This document shows positions 20,161 to 28,005 of a stretch of DNA of 64,000 nt, in pieces. The notes under the pieces were generated by a model. That model saw only the letters and a list, made by a program, of their open reading frames with translations, was not told the origin of the DNA and did no database searches. A program made the translations under genes and the position numbers. The DNA comes from Bacteroidales bacterium (GTDB taxonomy: Bacteria > Bacteroidota > Bacteroidia > Bacteroidales > UBA932): contig JAZUBU010000015.1 of NCBI GenBank assembly GCA_045638645.1, forward strand, positions 121,646 through 185,645. The letters run 5' to 3'. Every line of letters starts with the position of its first letter. Within the stretch, counting starts at the first letter, position 1.

Positions 20161-20282
20161 CTAGAATGAATAACCTACCTTAAGACCGAAACTGAAGGGT
20201 GGCAGGTGGGCCATTTCGGGAGCGGATGCGCGAGTCCAGGTTGATGCCGTAGTAGGGTAGTGTTTTGGGGGAGAAATTCATC
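20161..20282 (-). pseudogene. relic of the 3' end of an outer-membrane beta-barrel gene (frameshifted, 5' truncated)
   Basis: One minus-strand frame reads MNFSPKTLPYYGINLDSRIRS. A second frame continues ...LPPFSFGLKVGYSF-stop, a classic OMP C-terminal strand ending in an aromatic residue. No intact ORF is present. Confidence 0.3.
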
Positions 20283-20304
20283 TTTTTTTAGGGTCAAAAC
20301 GGCT

Positions 20305-20336
20305 TGGGTAAGATTGTTTTTGCTCTGGGTAAGATT
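20305..20336 (+). repeat. direct repeat TGGGTAAGATT x2 with 21-nt period
   Basis: Copies at 20305-20315 and 20326-20336, each followed by a T-run. Confidence 0.8.
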
Positions 20337-20441
20337 TTTTTTGAAATGTAAAATGTATATTGCAGTATATCATTGAATTGCAAAATCATTGTGTAAGAAT
20401 TTTTTATCGCCAGGTAAGGTCGGTTTTCGGAGAATTCTACT

Positions 20442-20449
20442 TATATTTG
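20442..20449 (+). promoter_or_regulatory. -7 box TATATTTG for the lipoprotein/DUF4249/TonB-receptor operon
   Basis: Exact match, 53 nt upstream of ATG 20503. Confidence 0.45.
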
Positions 20450-20502
20450 CAAAGCAACCTCTTGGAAGCCAGGTGTTGACAATAACTTTAAAATATAAAG
20501 AT

Positions 20503-20733
20503 ATGAAAAAGAGTTTAAGTATTCTAATTTTGGTTTTCACCCTTGCTTCTTGTATGTCAGAAGAAAAATTGGATTTAGATACATCGGGTGATCTGTCGAT
20601 CAGAACCATTGGAATTTCCAAAGAAAAATCTTTTTTGGGAGAAGAGGATGCTGAAGTTGATTATCCGTTGGTTAGAACGAATTTGGTGAATATCAAGCGG
20701 GGTATTGCTATTGTCGATCCTTTTAATCCCTGA
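20503..20733 (+). CDS. small hypothetical lipoprotein
   Basis: 76 aa. Signal peptide and lipobox LILVFTLAS|C followed by MSEEKLDLD. First gene of a tightly spaced operon. Confidence 0.5.
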   Translation: MKKSLSILILVFTLASCMSEEKLDLDTSGDLSIRTIGISKEKSFLGEEDAEVDYPLVRTNLVNIKRGIAIVDPFNP

Positions 20734-20738
20734 TAGGT

Positions 20739-21740
20739 ATGAGGAAATTGATTTTTATTTTTGGACTGCTCTGGATGCTCTCTTCTTGTACGGAGGTGTT
20801 GGATTTGGATCCCAGGTCGAAGTTCGTGGTTGTGCACAGTGTGTTGATCAATGATACGGTGCAGACCGTTGAACTTCGGTATACATCTTATTTGTCAGAG
20901 GATTATATGCCTGCGGTGGAGACCGCACGGGTTTGGGTAGAAGAAGAAAATGGCGATGGCAGCGTAAGGTCTACATATTTGTTTGAGAAGTCAGCCTCGG
21001 GGTTGTGGGTTTCTTACTTTGTCCCGTCATTTGCGACGCGGTATAACTTGTATGTGGAAGTGCCCGGGCATGAACGGATTGAGGCGTCAACAATTTTTCC
21101 TTTCAAGGAGAACATGATTGGTCTGACTGCAGATCGTAGAACATACGCGTTCCGGGCCAATAATTTGCCGTTGTATCTATGGGTGCATGGGATGGATTAT
21201 CATCAGAAAACGAAGACGTATCAGGTGACTCCCTATGTCTTTGGAACAGCTTTCGTGAGGCGGGAGGATCGGCAGATTATAGAAGACTATCCATGTATAG
21301 ATACTTTTAACCAGTCTGAGGTACTTGTCTCCCAACTGCCATCCTTGTCAGAAAGTTTTGCGGCGGCGCATCATCTGGAGGAGCCAGTGCATCACCGTTA
21401 CTTGCGGGTTGAGTTGGGGACTTCTGCTTCTGTTCCGTTGCCGTTTTACGGAAAGCTTCACCTGGTAGTGCTACCTTGTTTTGCGCTTCAGGCCGACGGC
21501 TTTCCTCATTCCCGTTCCTTGGTTATGTTTGACTCCGTTTCAGAAGATTATGACCGTTACCTGAAATATACATTGGACTATGCGTTGTCGCAGAATAGGG
21601 AACAGACAGACTTTTCCCAATTGTATGGTTATGAAGAATTGTGTACGAATGTAAAGAATGGTGTTGGTTTTTTTGGAGCCTTGTACCGTCAACAGTTCCG
21701 GGCGTCAGATTTGTATTATCAGTATAAAGGAGAAGAGTAA
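20739..21740 (+). CDS. DUF4249-like lipoprotein
   Basis: 333 aa. Lipobox MLSS|C, then TEVLDLDPRSKFVVVHSVLINDTVQTVELRYTS, which resembles the DUF4249 N-terminus. Linked to a TonB-dependent receptor, as that family usually is. By-eye assignment only. Confidence 0.6.
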   Translation: MRKLIFIFGLLWMLSSCTEVLDLDPRSKFVVVHSVLINDTVQTVELRYTSYLSEDYMPAVETARVWVEEENGDGSVRSTYLFEKSASGLWVSYFVPSFATRYNLYVEVPGHERIEASTIFPFKENMIGLTADRRTYAFRANNLPLYLWVHGMDYHQKTKTYQVTPYVFGTAFVRREDRQIIEDYPCIDTFNQSEVLVSQLPSLSESFAAAHHLEEPVHHRYLRVELGTSASVPLPFYGKLHLVVLPCFALQADGFPHSRSLVMFDSVSEDYDRYLKYTLDYALSQNREQTDFSQLYGYEELCTNVKNGVGFFGALYRQQFRASDLYYQYKGEE

Positions 21741-22789
21741 TGAGTATTGGTAGACTTTTCAGACAATTATTGCCAATCCTGTTGGTTGGCCAGTTGATTT
21801 ATGCTTGTGAGAAATTGCCTGCGATTGGAACAGATTCTGTCGCACATGAGGAGGGTGGTCTGGATATTGGGTCCATTATCGATGTGATGAATGCTGGTAC
21901 TTGGATGGGAATACAACCATTGTATTCTGGTGAAGACAGTTGTTATTGGCAAATTAGGACTCAACTGGTGATTTCTGAAGTGGATACAGGATATCAGTGC
22001 AATATCAACATGGAACTGACAACCGAGAGTTCTGATTCATCGGTTACTATCATAAGAAAAGAAATAGACGAACCATGGGTGGTGGAGAGGACTATGTTTG
22101 AGGATGTGGGCATTCGGGGTGGAGAAGAGGGCTTTTTGATTACAAGTTTGGAAGAGGAGGGTGCTTCTATCCGTCTTTGGTTTGATGGGTTTGATTTGTA
22201 TTGTTATTCGGAGTCAACTCTGGTTCCGCTCTACAAAAAATATTTTCAGGAAGAGTTGTATGCCGTTAGTACTCTCCAGGATGATATGGTGGAGCGTGAG
22301 CAAATCCACATAACTGCCGATATGAAATCCTTGGATGACTGTGTGGGATATGGGTTTTGGGTTAATGCGTATTTATGTCCCGGTGATTTGTATGTAGTGC
22401 TTTGTATGAATCCTCATCCAGAATATCCTAAGGTTCGTGTGATTTCTGGAGTAAGAATATCCGTCGATGGACATGGATACTATTATCCTCACTTTTCGTA
22501 TAAGGAATCTGCGGAGGATGTGAACATGGGAGAGGGTCAATTTAATTTGAACCATTTGGAGATAGATGTTGCCAAGAACGAAATTCGTGGGTACTTGGAG
22601 TGGGGAGATGAGGATGTGTATATGAGGATTTGTTATTATCCGAGTACAGATCAAGTTGTGCTGTATTGGACTCCGGGAGAATATTATGATATGATAACTG
22701 GCAGCATATATCCGTATTGTCCGGATGAATTGTGTATTCAGTTGTATCAGGAGTCCTACCAGTGGGGTGAAGAAGATGATATAAAATAG
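21740..22789 (+). CDS. hypothetical Cys- and aromatic-rich lipoprotein
   Basis: 349 aa. TAATG overlap with the upstream gene. Lipobox LIYA|C. Nine further Cys residues. No recognisable domain. Confidence 0.6.
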   Translation: MSIGRLFRQLLPILLVGQLIYACEKLPAIGTDSVAHEEGGLDIGSIIDVMNAGTWMGIQPLYSGEDSCYWQIRTQLVISEVDTGYQCNINMELTTESSDSSVTIIRKEIDEPWVVERTMFEDVGIRGGEEGFLITSLEEEGASIRLWFDGFDLYCYSESTLVPLYKKYFQEELYAVSTLQDDMVEREQIHITADMKSLDDCVGYGFWVNAYLCPGDLYVVLCMNPHPEYPKVRVISGVRISVDGHGYYYPHFSYKESAEDVNMGEGQFNLNHLEIDVAKNEIRGYLEWGDEDVYMRICYYPSTDQVVLYWTPGEYYDMITGSIYPYCPDELCIQLYQESYQWGEEDDIK

Positions 22790-22798
22790 GGGGCGTTT

Positions 22799-24826
22799 AT
22801 GAGAATGTTGATTGCATTGATATTGCTGTTGTGTGGCGGAGTGCTGTTGGCTCAGGAAAAACCGCAAAAGGATACCTTGGAAACGGCGTACACAGTTGCC
22901 TATCGGGAAATGGATCGCGGAGTGGGCTTGACCCGGCTGGATGCGGCAACTGCCCGGCGGGTGGTGAGCGTAGTCGGAGAAGGGGATGTTTTGAAGTTGG
23001 TGCAAATGCGGCCGGGCATTTCTGCAGGATCGGAAGGTTCTTCTGCATTTTATGTTCGAGGTGGCAATTTGGGGCACAATGCCGTTACAATGGATGGAGT
23101 CCGGATATATGGATACAGTCATTTGTTGGGACTTACGACCGCATTTCCCAATACCCTTGTAGAGGATGTTTCTTTTGCGTTGGGTGGTTTTGGAGCGGAC
23201 AGTTATAACTTGATGGCTTCTCATACGCAAATCAGGACGAAGGATGGAAACTTTCGTGAATTGCAAGGAGAGGGTTCTGTGAGTAATTTTATGGTAGGAG
23301 GCTTTCTGAGTGCCCCCTTGATCAAGGATCGCCTATCTATTGTGGCTTCTGCGCGGATTTCTCCGTTGATTGTTGGAATTGGCGGTTATCGTGCGGGTGT
23401 ATATGATTTGTATTCCAAACTGACCTGGCGGACAACGGACCATTCGGTTTTGAGGGGGAGTGTGTTTTATAGCAAAGACAATTTCTCATACGGGACCGTC
23501 TCTGGAAAAGAGTCGATGGGATGGGGTAACCTGATGGGAAATCTTGCTTGGACTTATCGTTTCAGAGAATCCCAGTCAATCGATATCCAATTGTATAAGA
23601 ACAAGTATTCCAATCAGCAGTTGCGGGAGGTGAATCTTTCAGATGTGTACAATCAGGTGGGGATGTACTCGGATGTTGACGAGTTGGTCTTCAAGGCAAA
23701 TTACCAGGTTGCGTTTGGCTCTGGCTGGTCTTTTATGATGGGGACACGACTGACATCCATGCAGTTTGATCCGGGCACGACCAAAGTTTTGGCGGATTCG
23801 GTTTCCGGAGCTATTTCTCCGCTACAATCCAAGAATTTGCTTGCCAATGTGTATGGGGAACTTCGTTATGACCGTCCGGATAAAATGCATTGGTTGCTGG
23901 CTATTCGCGGAAACTACTATCAGAATCTGGATGTGCAGGATGAACGGAACCGGTATTGGATGATCAATCCCGAAATTAGTGCATCGGGCCGTTACTTCTT
24001 TGCCCCCTATTTGGGGATTGAGGGGACTGTTGATTTCTTGACCCAGTATCATCATACCTTGGAGGGGGTTCCGTTGGGTTGGTCCTTGGATATTTTGATA
24101 CCGGCTGACCACCGCTTCAAGCCGGAGCATGCGCAGCAGTATTATTTGGGATTGTTGTCAAACATTGGCCAACACAGCCTTTCCTTGGGAGCTTATTACA
24201 AGACGATGCAAGAGCTGGTGTATTTTTCGGAGCCGACGTTGTTTTTTGGCAGCGGAACCGTAGATTGGGTGGGAAATATCCGGACCGGCAAGGGAGCTTC
24301 TTCCGGCATTGAATTCCTTTATCAGAAAGTGGGGAAACGATTGAATTATCAATTGGCCTATACCTATTCCCGGACGACCCGTTATTTTGAGGGTTTGAAT
24401 TACAACCGTCCTTTCTATGCGAAATACGACCGTCCGCATGTGCTGAATGTGACAGCGGATTATTTGTTGAAGGAAGAGGATAACCGGAAGATGGGGCTGA
24501 CCTTTGTCTTTACCTACCAGAGTGGGAATCTGGAGAGTGTGAAATCGGCGCATTACGATGCTGTTTTTCCGGATGGGTACAAGGTGGACTTGCCTTATTA
24601 TGAGGGACTGAATAATTTTCGATTAAAGGACTATATGCGCATGGACCTTGGTTATTACGCGGAGATTCGGAAGAGGAATCTTACCCATAAGTTCAATGTG
24701 GGGATTTACAACGTCCTCAACCGTCACAACATCTTTAGTATTTATTACGATGGCCAGGAACATGTCTGGAAGTCTGTTTCCCTGTTCCCGATTCTTCCCA
24801 GTCTGAGCTATCAGTTGGTGTTTTAA
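22799..24826 (+). CDS. TonB-dependent receptor (plug + barrel, no N-terminal carboxypeptidase-regulatory-like domain)
   Basis: 675 aa. Signal peptide ending LLAQE. Plug motifs GEGDVLKLVQMRPGI and FYVRGGNLGHNAVTMDGVRIYG. C-terminus SLSYQLVF. Confidence 0.8.
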   Translation: MRMLIALILLLCGGVLLAQEKPQKDTLETAYTVAYREMDRGVGLTRLDAATARRVVSVVGEGDVLKLVQMRPGISAGSEGSSAFYVRGGNLGHNAVTMDGVRIYGYSHLLGLTTAFPNTLVEDVSFALGGFGADSYNLMASHTQIRTKDGNFRELQGEGSVSNFMVGGFLSAPLIKDRLSIVASARISPLIVGIGGYRAGVYDLYSKLTWRTTDHSVLRGSVFYSKDNFSYGTVSGKESMGWGNLMGNLAWTYRFRESQSIDIQLYKNKYSNQQLREVNLSDVYNQVGMYSDVDELVFKANYQVAFGSGWSFMMGTRLTSMQFDPGTTKVLADSVSGAISPLQSKNLLANVYGELRYDRPDKMHWLLAIRGNYYQNLDVQDERNRYWMINPEISASGRYFFAPYLGIEGTVDFLTQYHHTLEGVPLGWSLDILIPADHRFKPEHAQQYYLGLLSNIGQHSLSLGAYYKTMQELVYFSEPTLFFGSGTVDWVGNIRTGKGASSGIEFLYQKVGKRLNYQLAYTYSRTTRYFEGLNYNRPFYAKYDRPHVLNVTADYLLKEEDNRKMGLTFVFTYQSGNLESVKSAHYDAVFPDGYKVDLPYYEGLNNFRLKDYMRMDLGYYAEIRKRNLTHKFNVGIYNVLNRHNIFSIYYDGQEHVWKSVSLFPILPSLSYQLVF

Positions 24827-25842
24827 TCCACCACGAGGGTTTTCATGTTCTCGCCTTCGCTGTAGATGAGGTAGCCTTGGAGGTCGGGGCGTGAGGTGAG
24901 AAAGTCGGTGGAGGCTTCCAGGCCGATAGCCATGCAGTAGGTGGCGTAGGCATCCGCCAACGTTGCATTGGAGGCAAGAATGCTGGCGCTCAATAGGTTG
25001 TGTTGGACGGGGTAGCCGGTCTTCGGGTCGATGGTGTGGGCATATTTCTGCCCGTTTTCGATGTAGAATTTCCGGTAGTTGCCCGAGGTGACCAGACCTT
25101 GGTTGCTGATGCTGACAATTTCTTCCAATTTGGCTCCGGGTTCCATGTTGCCATCCTCGGGGCGGTCAATGCCGATGCGCCAGGGAAGGCCTTTCGGGTT
25201 CAGTCCTTTGGCATAAACTTCTCCGCCCACTTCGACCAGGTAGTCTTGGATGTGCAGGGAATCCAGGATGTGGGCAATGTAATCGCAAGTGTATCCTTGG
25301 GCGATGGCATTGAAGTTCAGGCGGGCATTCGGATGGTCTTTGATGAGCTGGTTGCCCTCCAGGCGGAAGTGGTGCATGCCGATGAATTGGCGCAGGCTGT
25401 CAATCTGGTGCTGGCTGACTTGTCCTTTGTCCTGAAATCCAAAGCCCCAAAGGTCGTACAAGGGGGCTCCCGAGGGGTCAAAGATGCCTTCTGTTTCCTT
25501 CCAAAGTTGGTAGGAGATGCGGAAGAGGTCTCGGAAAATGGAGTCCGTCTCACAGGTTTCGTTGCGGTTCAGGCGCGAGAGGACAGAGCCTTTGTGGTAG
25601 CCGGAGACCGAATGGTTGATGCGTTCAAACCCTTGTTCCACCAGCTCCTGTACTTGTTCTGCACTGGCTTCAATGCGTTGGCCCTGGCGGTCAGTCTCAG
25701 CGTAGGTGATCAGGTAGGTGCTGCCTTGTGCCAGGCCGGTGAGCCGGATGTATTGGCTGCGGTCGGTGCAGGCAGTCAGAAGGATGAGCAGTCCGACTAA
25801 GGAAAGTCGGGTCAGGTGATGGTGAAATTTATGTGTTTTCAT
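24823..25842 (-). CDS. apbE: FAD:protein FMN transferase (ApbE), lipoprotein
   Basis: 339 aa from MKTHKF. Lipobox LLTA|C. ApbE-type GYTCDYIAHILD and HTIDPKTGYP motifs. Confidence 0.9.
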   Translation of the reverse strand: MKTHKFHHHLTRLSLVGLLILLTACTDRSQYIRLTGLAQGSTYLITYAETDRQGQRIEASAEQVQELVEQGFERINHSVSGYHKGSVLSRLNRNETCETDSIFRDLFRISYQLWKETEGIFDPSGAPLYDLWGFGFQDKGQVSQHQIDSLRQFIGMHHFRLEGNQLIKDHPNARLNFNAIAQGYTCDYIAHILDSLHIQDYLVEVGGEVYAKGLNPKGLPWRIGIDRPEDGNMEPGAKLEEIVSISNQGLVTSGNYRKFYIENGQKYAHTIDPKTGYPVQHNLLSASILASNATLADAYATYCMAIGLEASTDFLTSRPDLQGYLIYSEGENMKTLVVD

Positions 25843-25878
25843 GGTTTGGGCTATCGCTTTGCTGGCATGATTTTCGTA

Positions 25879-25886
25879 CAAATTTA
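25879..25886 (-). promoter_or_regulatory. -7 box TAAATTTG for apbE
   Basis: Plus strand reads CAAATTTA, 36 nt upstream of the start at 25842. Confidence 0.4.
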
Positions 25887-25938
25887 GAAATTTTTCGCAC
25901 CTTTGCATTTATTTATACAACGAGTAAGATTTGCGGAT

Positions 25939-26943
25939 ATGAAGAAAATATTGTCTTGGAGTTGGCTGGCTGTTTTGGCCTTGATTGTATGTGCTTCTTG
26001 TGAAGAGGAGGATTCCAAGGATTATAATTATATGGAAGGTGAGGTGGAATACGAACTTCCTGATTTTTGTGTAGTTGGAGATGTGCTGGACATTGAGTTG
26101 AAGGGAGAGGGGATTACCAAACCTGCAGATGCCCAATACAACTGGATTTTTGATGACGACACGACTTTCAACACCCGGGCCATCCGTCTGGAGATTCCGG
26201 ATTCAGCTGCCGTTTATTGGCTGACCTGTTTTGTCCGTTACGACGGTTACCTGCAGGTTACCAACAAACAGTCGATCCGGGCGTTGGATACGGTTTTCAA
26301 TGGCTCTGTTTCGGGTTTGATTCCGGGTACCCATACATTTGAGGATCCCCGAGATAATCGGGAGTATCAATATGTCACATTGGGAAATCTGGATTGGTTT
26401 GTAGAAAATCTGGCCTTTACCGGTGCCGGACGTCCCTATTCGGGGAATGATTTGATGAACCGCGTGTATGGCCGTTACTACTCCTGGTCCGAGGCGACTG
26501 GTAACGAAGCGGGAAGTGGTCTGGGACAAGGTCCGCAAGGAATTTGCCCGGAAGGCTGGAGCATTCCGACGGCGGAGGACTGGGCCGATCTGGCGATGGC
26601 CGTTTCTGCCGGGGAGGTAGATGATTTTTATCGGACTTGGCCGAACCTGGGTTCTGTGTTGTCTGCCGACGCTCTTGAAAATCAAGAGAGAATGTGGCCT
26701 TATAGTCCGGATAACCGGCACGAGAATACCTACGGTTGGAATGCCTTTCCGGCGGGTAATTCCCGCGACTCCCACAACCGTTTTGAAAATGTGGGAACTT
26801 ATGGCATGTGGTGGTCGTCTGCTGAAAAAGATGAAGCCAATGCCTATTACCGGTATATTTATTACAACCATTCGGACTGTCAGGTTCATTTTGTGGACAA
26901 GCAGGAGTTCGGCATGCCGGTGCGTTGTGTTCGATTAAAATAA
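25939..26943 (+). CDS. FISUMP (Fibrobacter succinogenes major paralogous) domain lipoprotein
   Basis: 334 aa from MKKIL. Lipobox VCAS|C followed by EEEDSKD. FISUMP signatures DPRDNREYQYVTLGNLDW, YGRYYSWSEA, CPEGWSIPTAEDW, WWSS and PVRCVR. Confidence 0.75.
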   Translation: MKKILSWSWLAVLALIVCASCEEEDSKDYNYMEGEVEYELPDFCVVGDVLDIELKGEGITKPADAQYNWIFDDDTTFNTRAIRLEIPDSAAVYWLTCFVRYDGYLQVTNKQSIRALDTVFNGSVSGLIPGTHTFEDPRDNREYQYVTLGNLDWFVENLAFTGAGRPYSGNDLMNRVYGRYYSWSEATGNEAGSGLGQGPQGICPEGWSIPTAEDWADLAMAVSAGEVDDFYRTWPNLGSVLSADALENQERMWPYSPDNRHENTYGWNAFPAGNSRDSHNRFENVGTYGMWWSSAEKDEANAYYRYIYYNHSDCQVHFVDKQEFGMPVRCVRLK

Positions 26944-26955
26944 AGTTACAAGCAA

Positions 26956-27546
26956 ATGAAAAAAGGAACAATTGTAGGAATCAGTGTTGCCGTTGTTGTA
27001 TTGGCAATCTTCTTTTGGTTCAAGAGTACTTATAATGGTCTGGTCCGTATGGACGAGCAGGTATCGGCTGCTTGGTCGCAGGTGGAAAATGTGTATCAGC
27101 GCCGTGCGGATTTGATTCCCAATCTGGTGGCTACCGTGAAAGGCTATGCGGCTCACGAGTCCGCTACCTTGGAACAAGTTGTGGCTGCCCGTTCCCGGGC
27201 GACGCAGGTGAGTGTCAATGCGGATCAGCTTACCCCTGAAAAATTGGCGCAATTCCAAGAAGCCCAAGGAGAATTGGGCAGTGCACTGGGTCGCTTGATG
27301 ATGTTGACAGAAAGTTATCCGGATTTGAAGGCTAACCAAAACTTTTCTGAGTTACAAGCCGAATTGAGCGGTACAGAAAATAGAATCACGGTGGAACGCA
27401 AGAAGTTCAACGAAGCCGCCCGTGCCTATAATACCGCGATCCGGACCTTTCCCAGAAATGTGTTGGCAAATCTGTTTGGCTTTACACAAAAGTCTTATTT
27501 TGAAGCCCAATCCGGTGCAGAAACAGCTCCGGTCGTAAGTTTCTAG
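26956..27546 (+). CDS. LemA family protein
   Basis: 196 aa. N-terminal TM helix. Contains YNGLV...AWSQVENVYQRRADLIPNLV and ENRITVERKKFNEAARAYN. Confidence 0.9.
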   Translation: MKKGTIVGISVAVVVLAIFFWFKSTYNGLVRMDEQVSAAWSQVENVYQRRADLIPNLVATVKGYAAHESATLEQVVAARSRATQVSVNADQLTPEKLAQFQEAQGELGSALGRLMMLTESYPDLKANQNFSELQAELSGTENRITVERKKFNEAARAYNTAIRTFPRNVLANLFGFTQKSYFEAQSGAETAPVVSF

Positions 27547-27567
27547 AAGCTGGGAATTTGCTGTCAG

Positions 27568-28005
27568 ATGGGAGCCTCCAAGTTTTTGACGCCGCAAGAA
27601 CAGCGTCGGATTGTTGCGGCCATTGAGGAAGCGGAACGTTGTACCTCCGGAGAGATCCGTGTCCACATCGAGTCCCGTTGTTCCGGGAACCCGGTGGAGC
27701 GTGCGGTCTATTTGTTTGATCATCTCAAGATGTATGAGACCGCCCAACGGAATGGTGTGCTGATTTATGTTGCCTATCAGTCGCATAAGTTGGCCATTTG
27801 GGGGGACGAGGGTATTCATGGTGTTGTCCCGGGCGATTTTTGGGATACCATCAAGGACCGTTTGTTGCAAAGTTTTTCAAAAGGGGCTTATACCGACGGC
27901 CTTGTGGAAGCCATCCGTCAAGCCGGCCATCAGCTGAAAACCTATTTCCCTTATCAGTCAGACGATGTCAATGAGCAAAGCGATGAAATATCTTTTGGTG
28001 ATTAA
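27568..28005 (+). CDS. TPM domain-containing protein
   Basis: 145 aa. Contains LTPQEQRRIVAAIEEAERCTSGEIRVHIE. Typical second gene of LemA-TPM clusters. Confidence 0.75.
   Translation: MGASKFLTPQEQRRIVAAIEEAERCTSGEIRVHIESRCSGNPVERAVYLFDHLKMYETAQRNGVLIYVAYQSHKLAIWGDEGIHGVVPGDFWDTIKDRLLQSFSKGAYTDGLVEAIRQAGHQLKTYFPYQSDDVNEQSDEISFGD

Noticed and set aside
20370-20621. 83-aa minus-strand ORF upstream of and overlapping the mini-lipoprotein gene
   Set aside because: It overlaps the predicted promoter and the lipoprotein start, and shows no export signal or motif. It is most likely chance in AT-rich DNA.
22373-23266. 297-aa minus-strand ORF across the junction of the Cys-rich lipoprotein and the TonB receptor
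   Set aside because: Antisense, no motifs. The sense-strand genes carry clear export signals and receptor motifs.
20100-24826. Idea that the receptor operon is a mobile genomic island
   Set aside because: There is no integrase, transposase, flanking direct repeats or tRNA at the borders, and the right end is fused to apbE by overlapping stop codons. Only the AT-richer composition and the OMP relic support foreign origin, so this is reported as a weak possibility inside the findings rather than as a mobile element.
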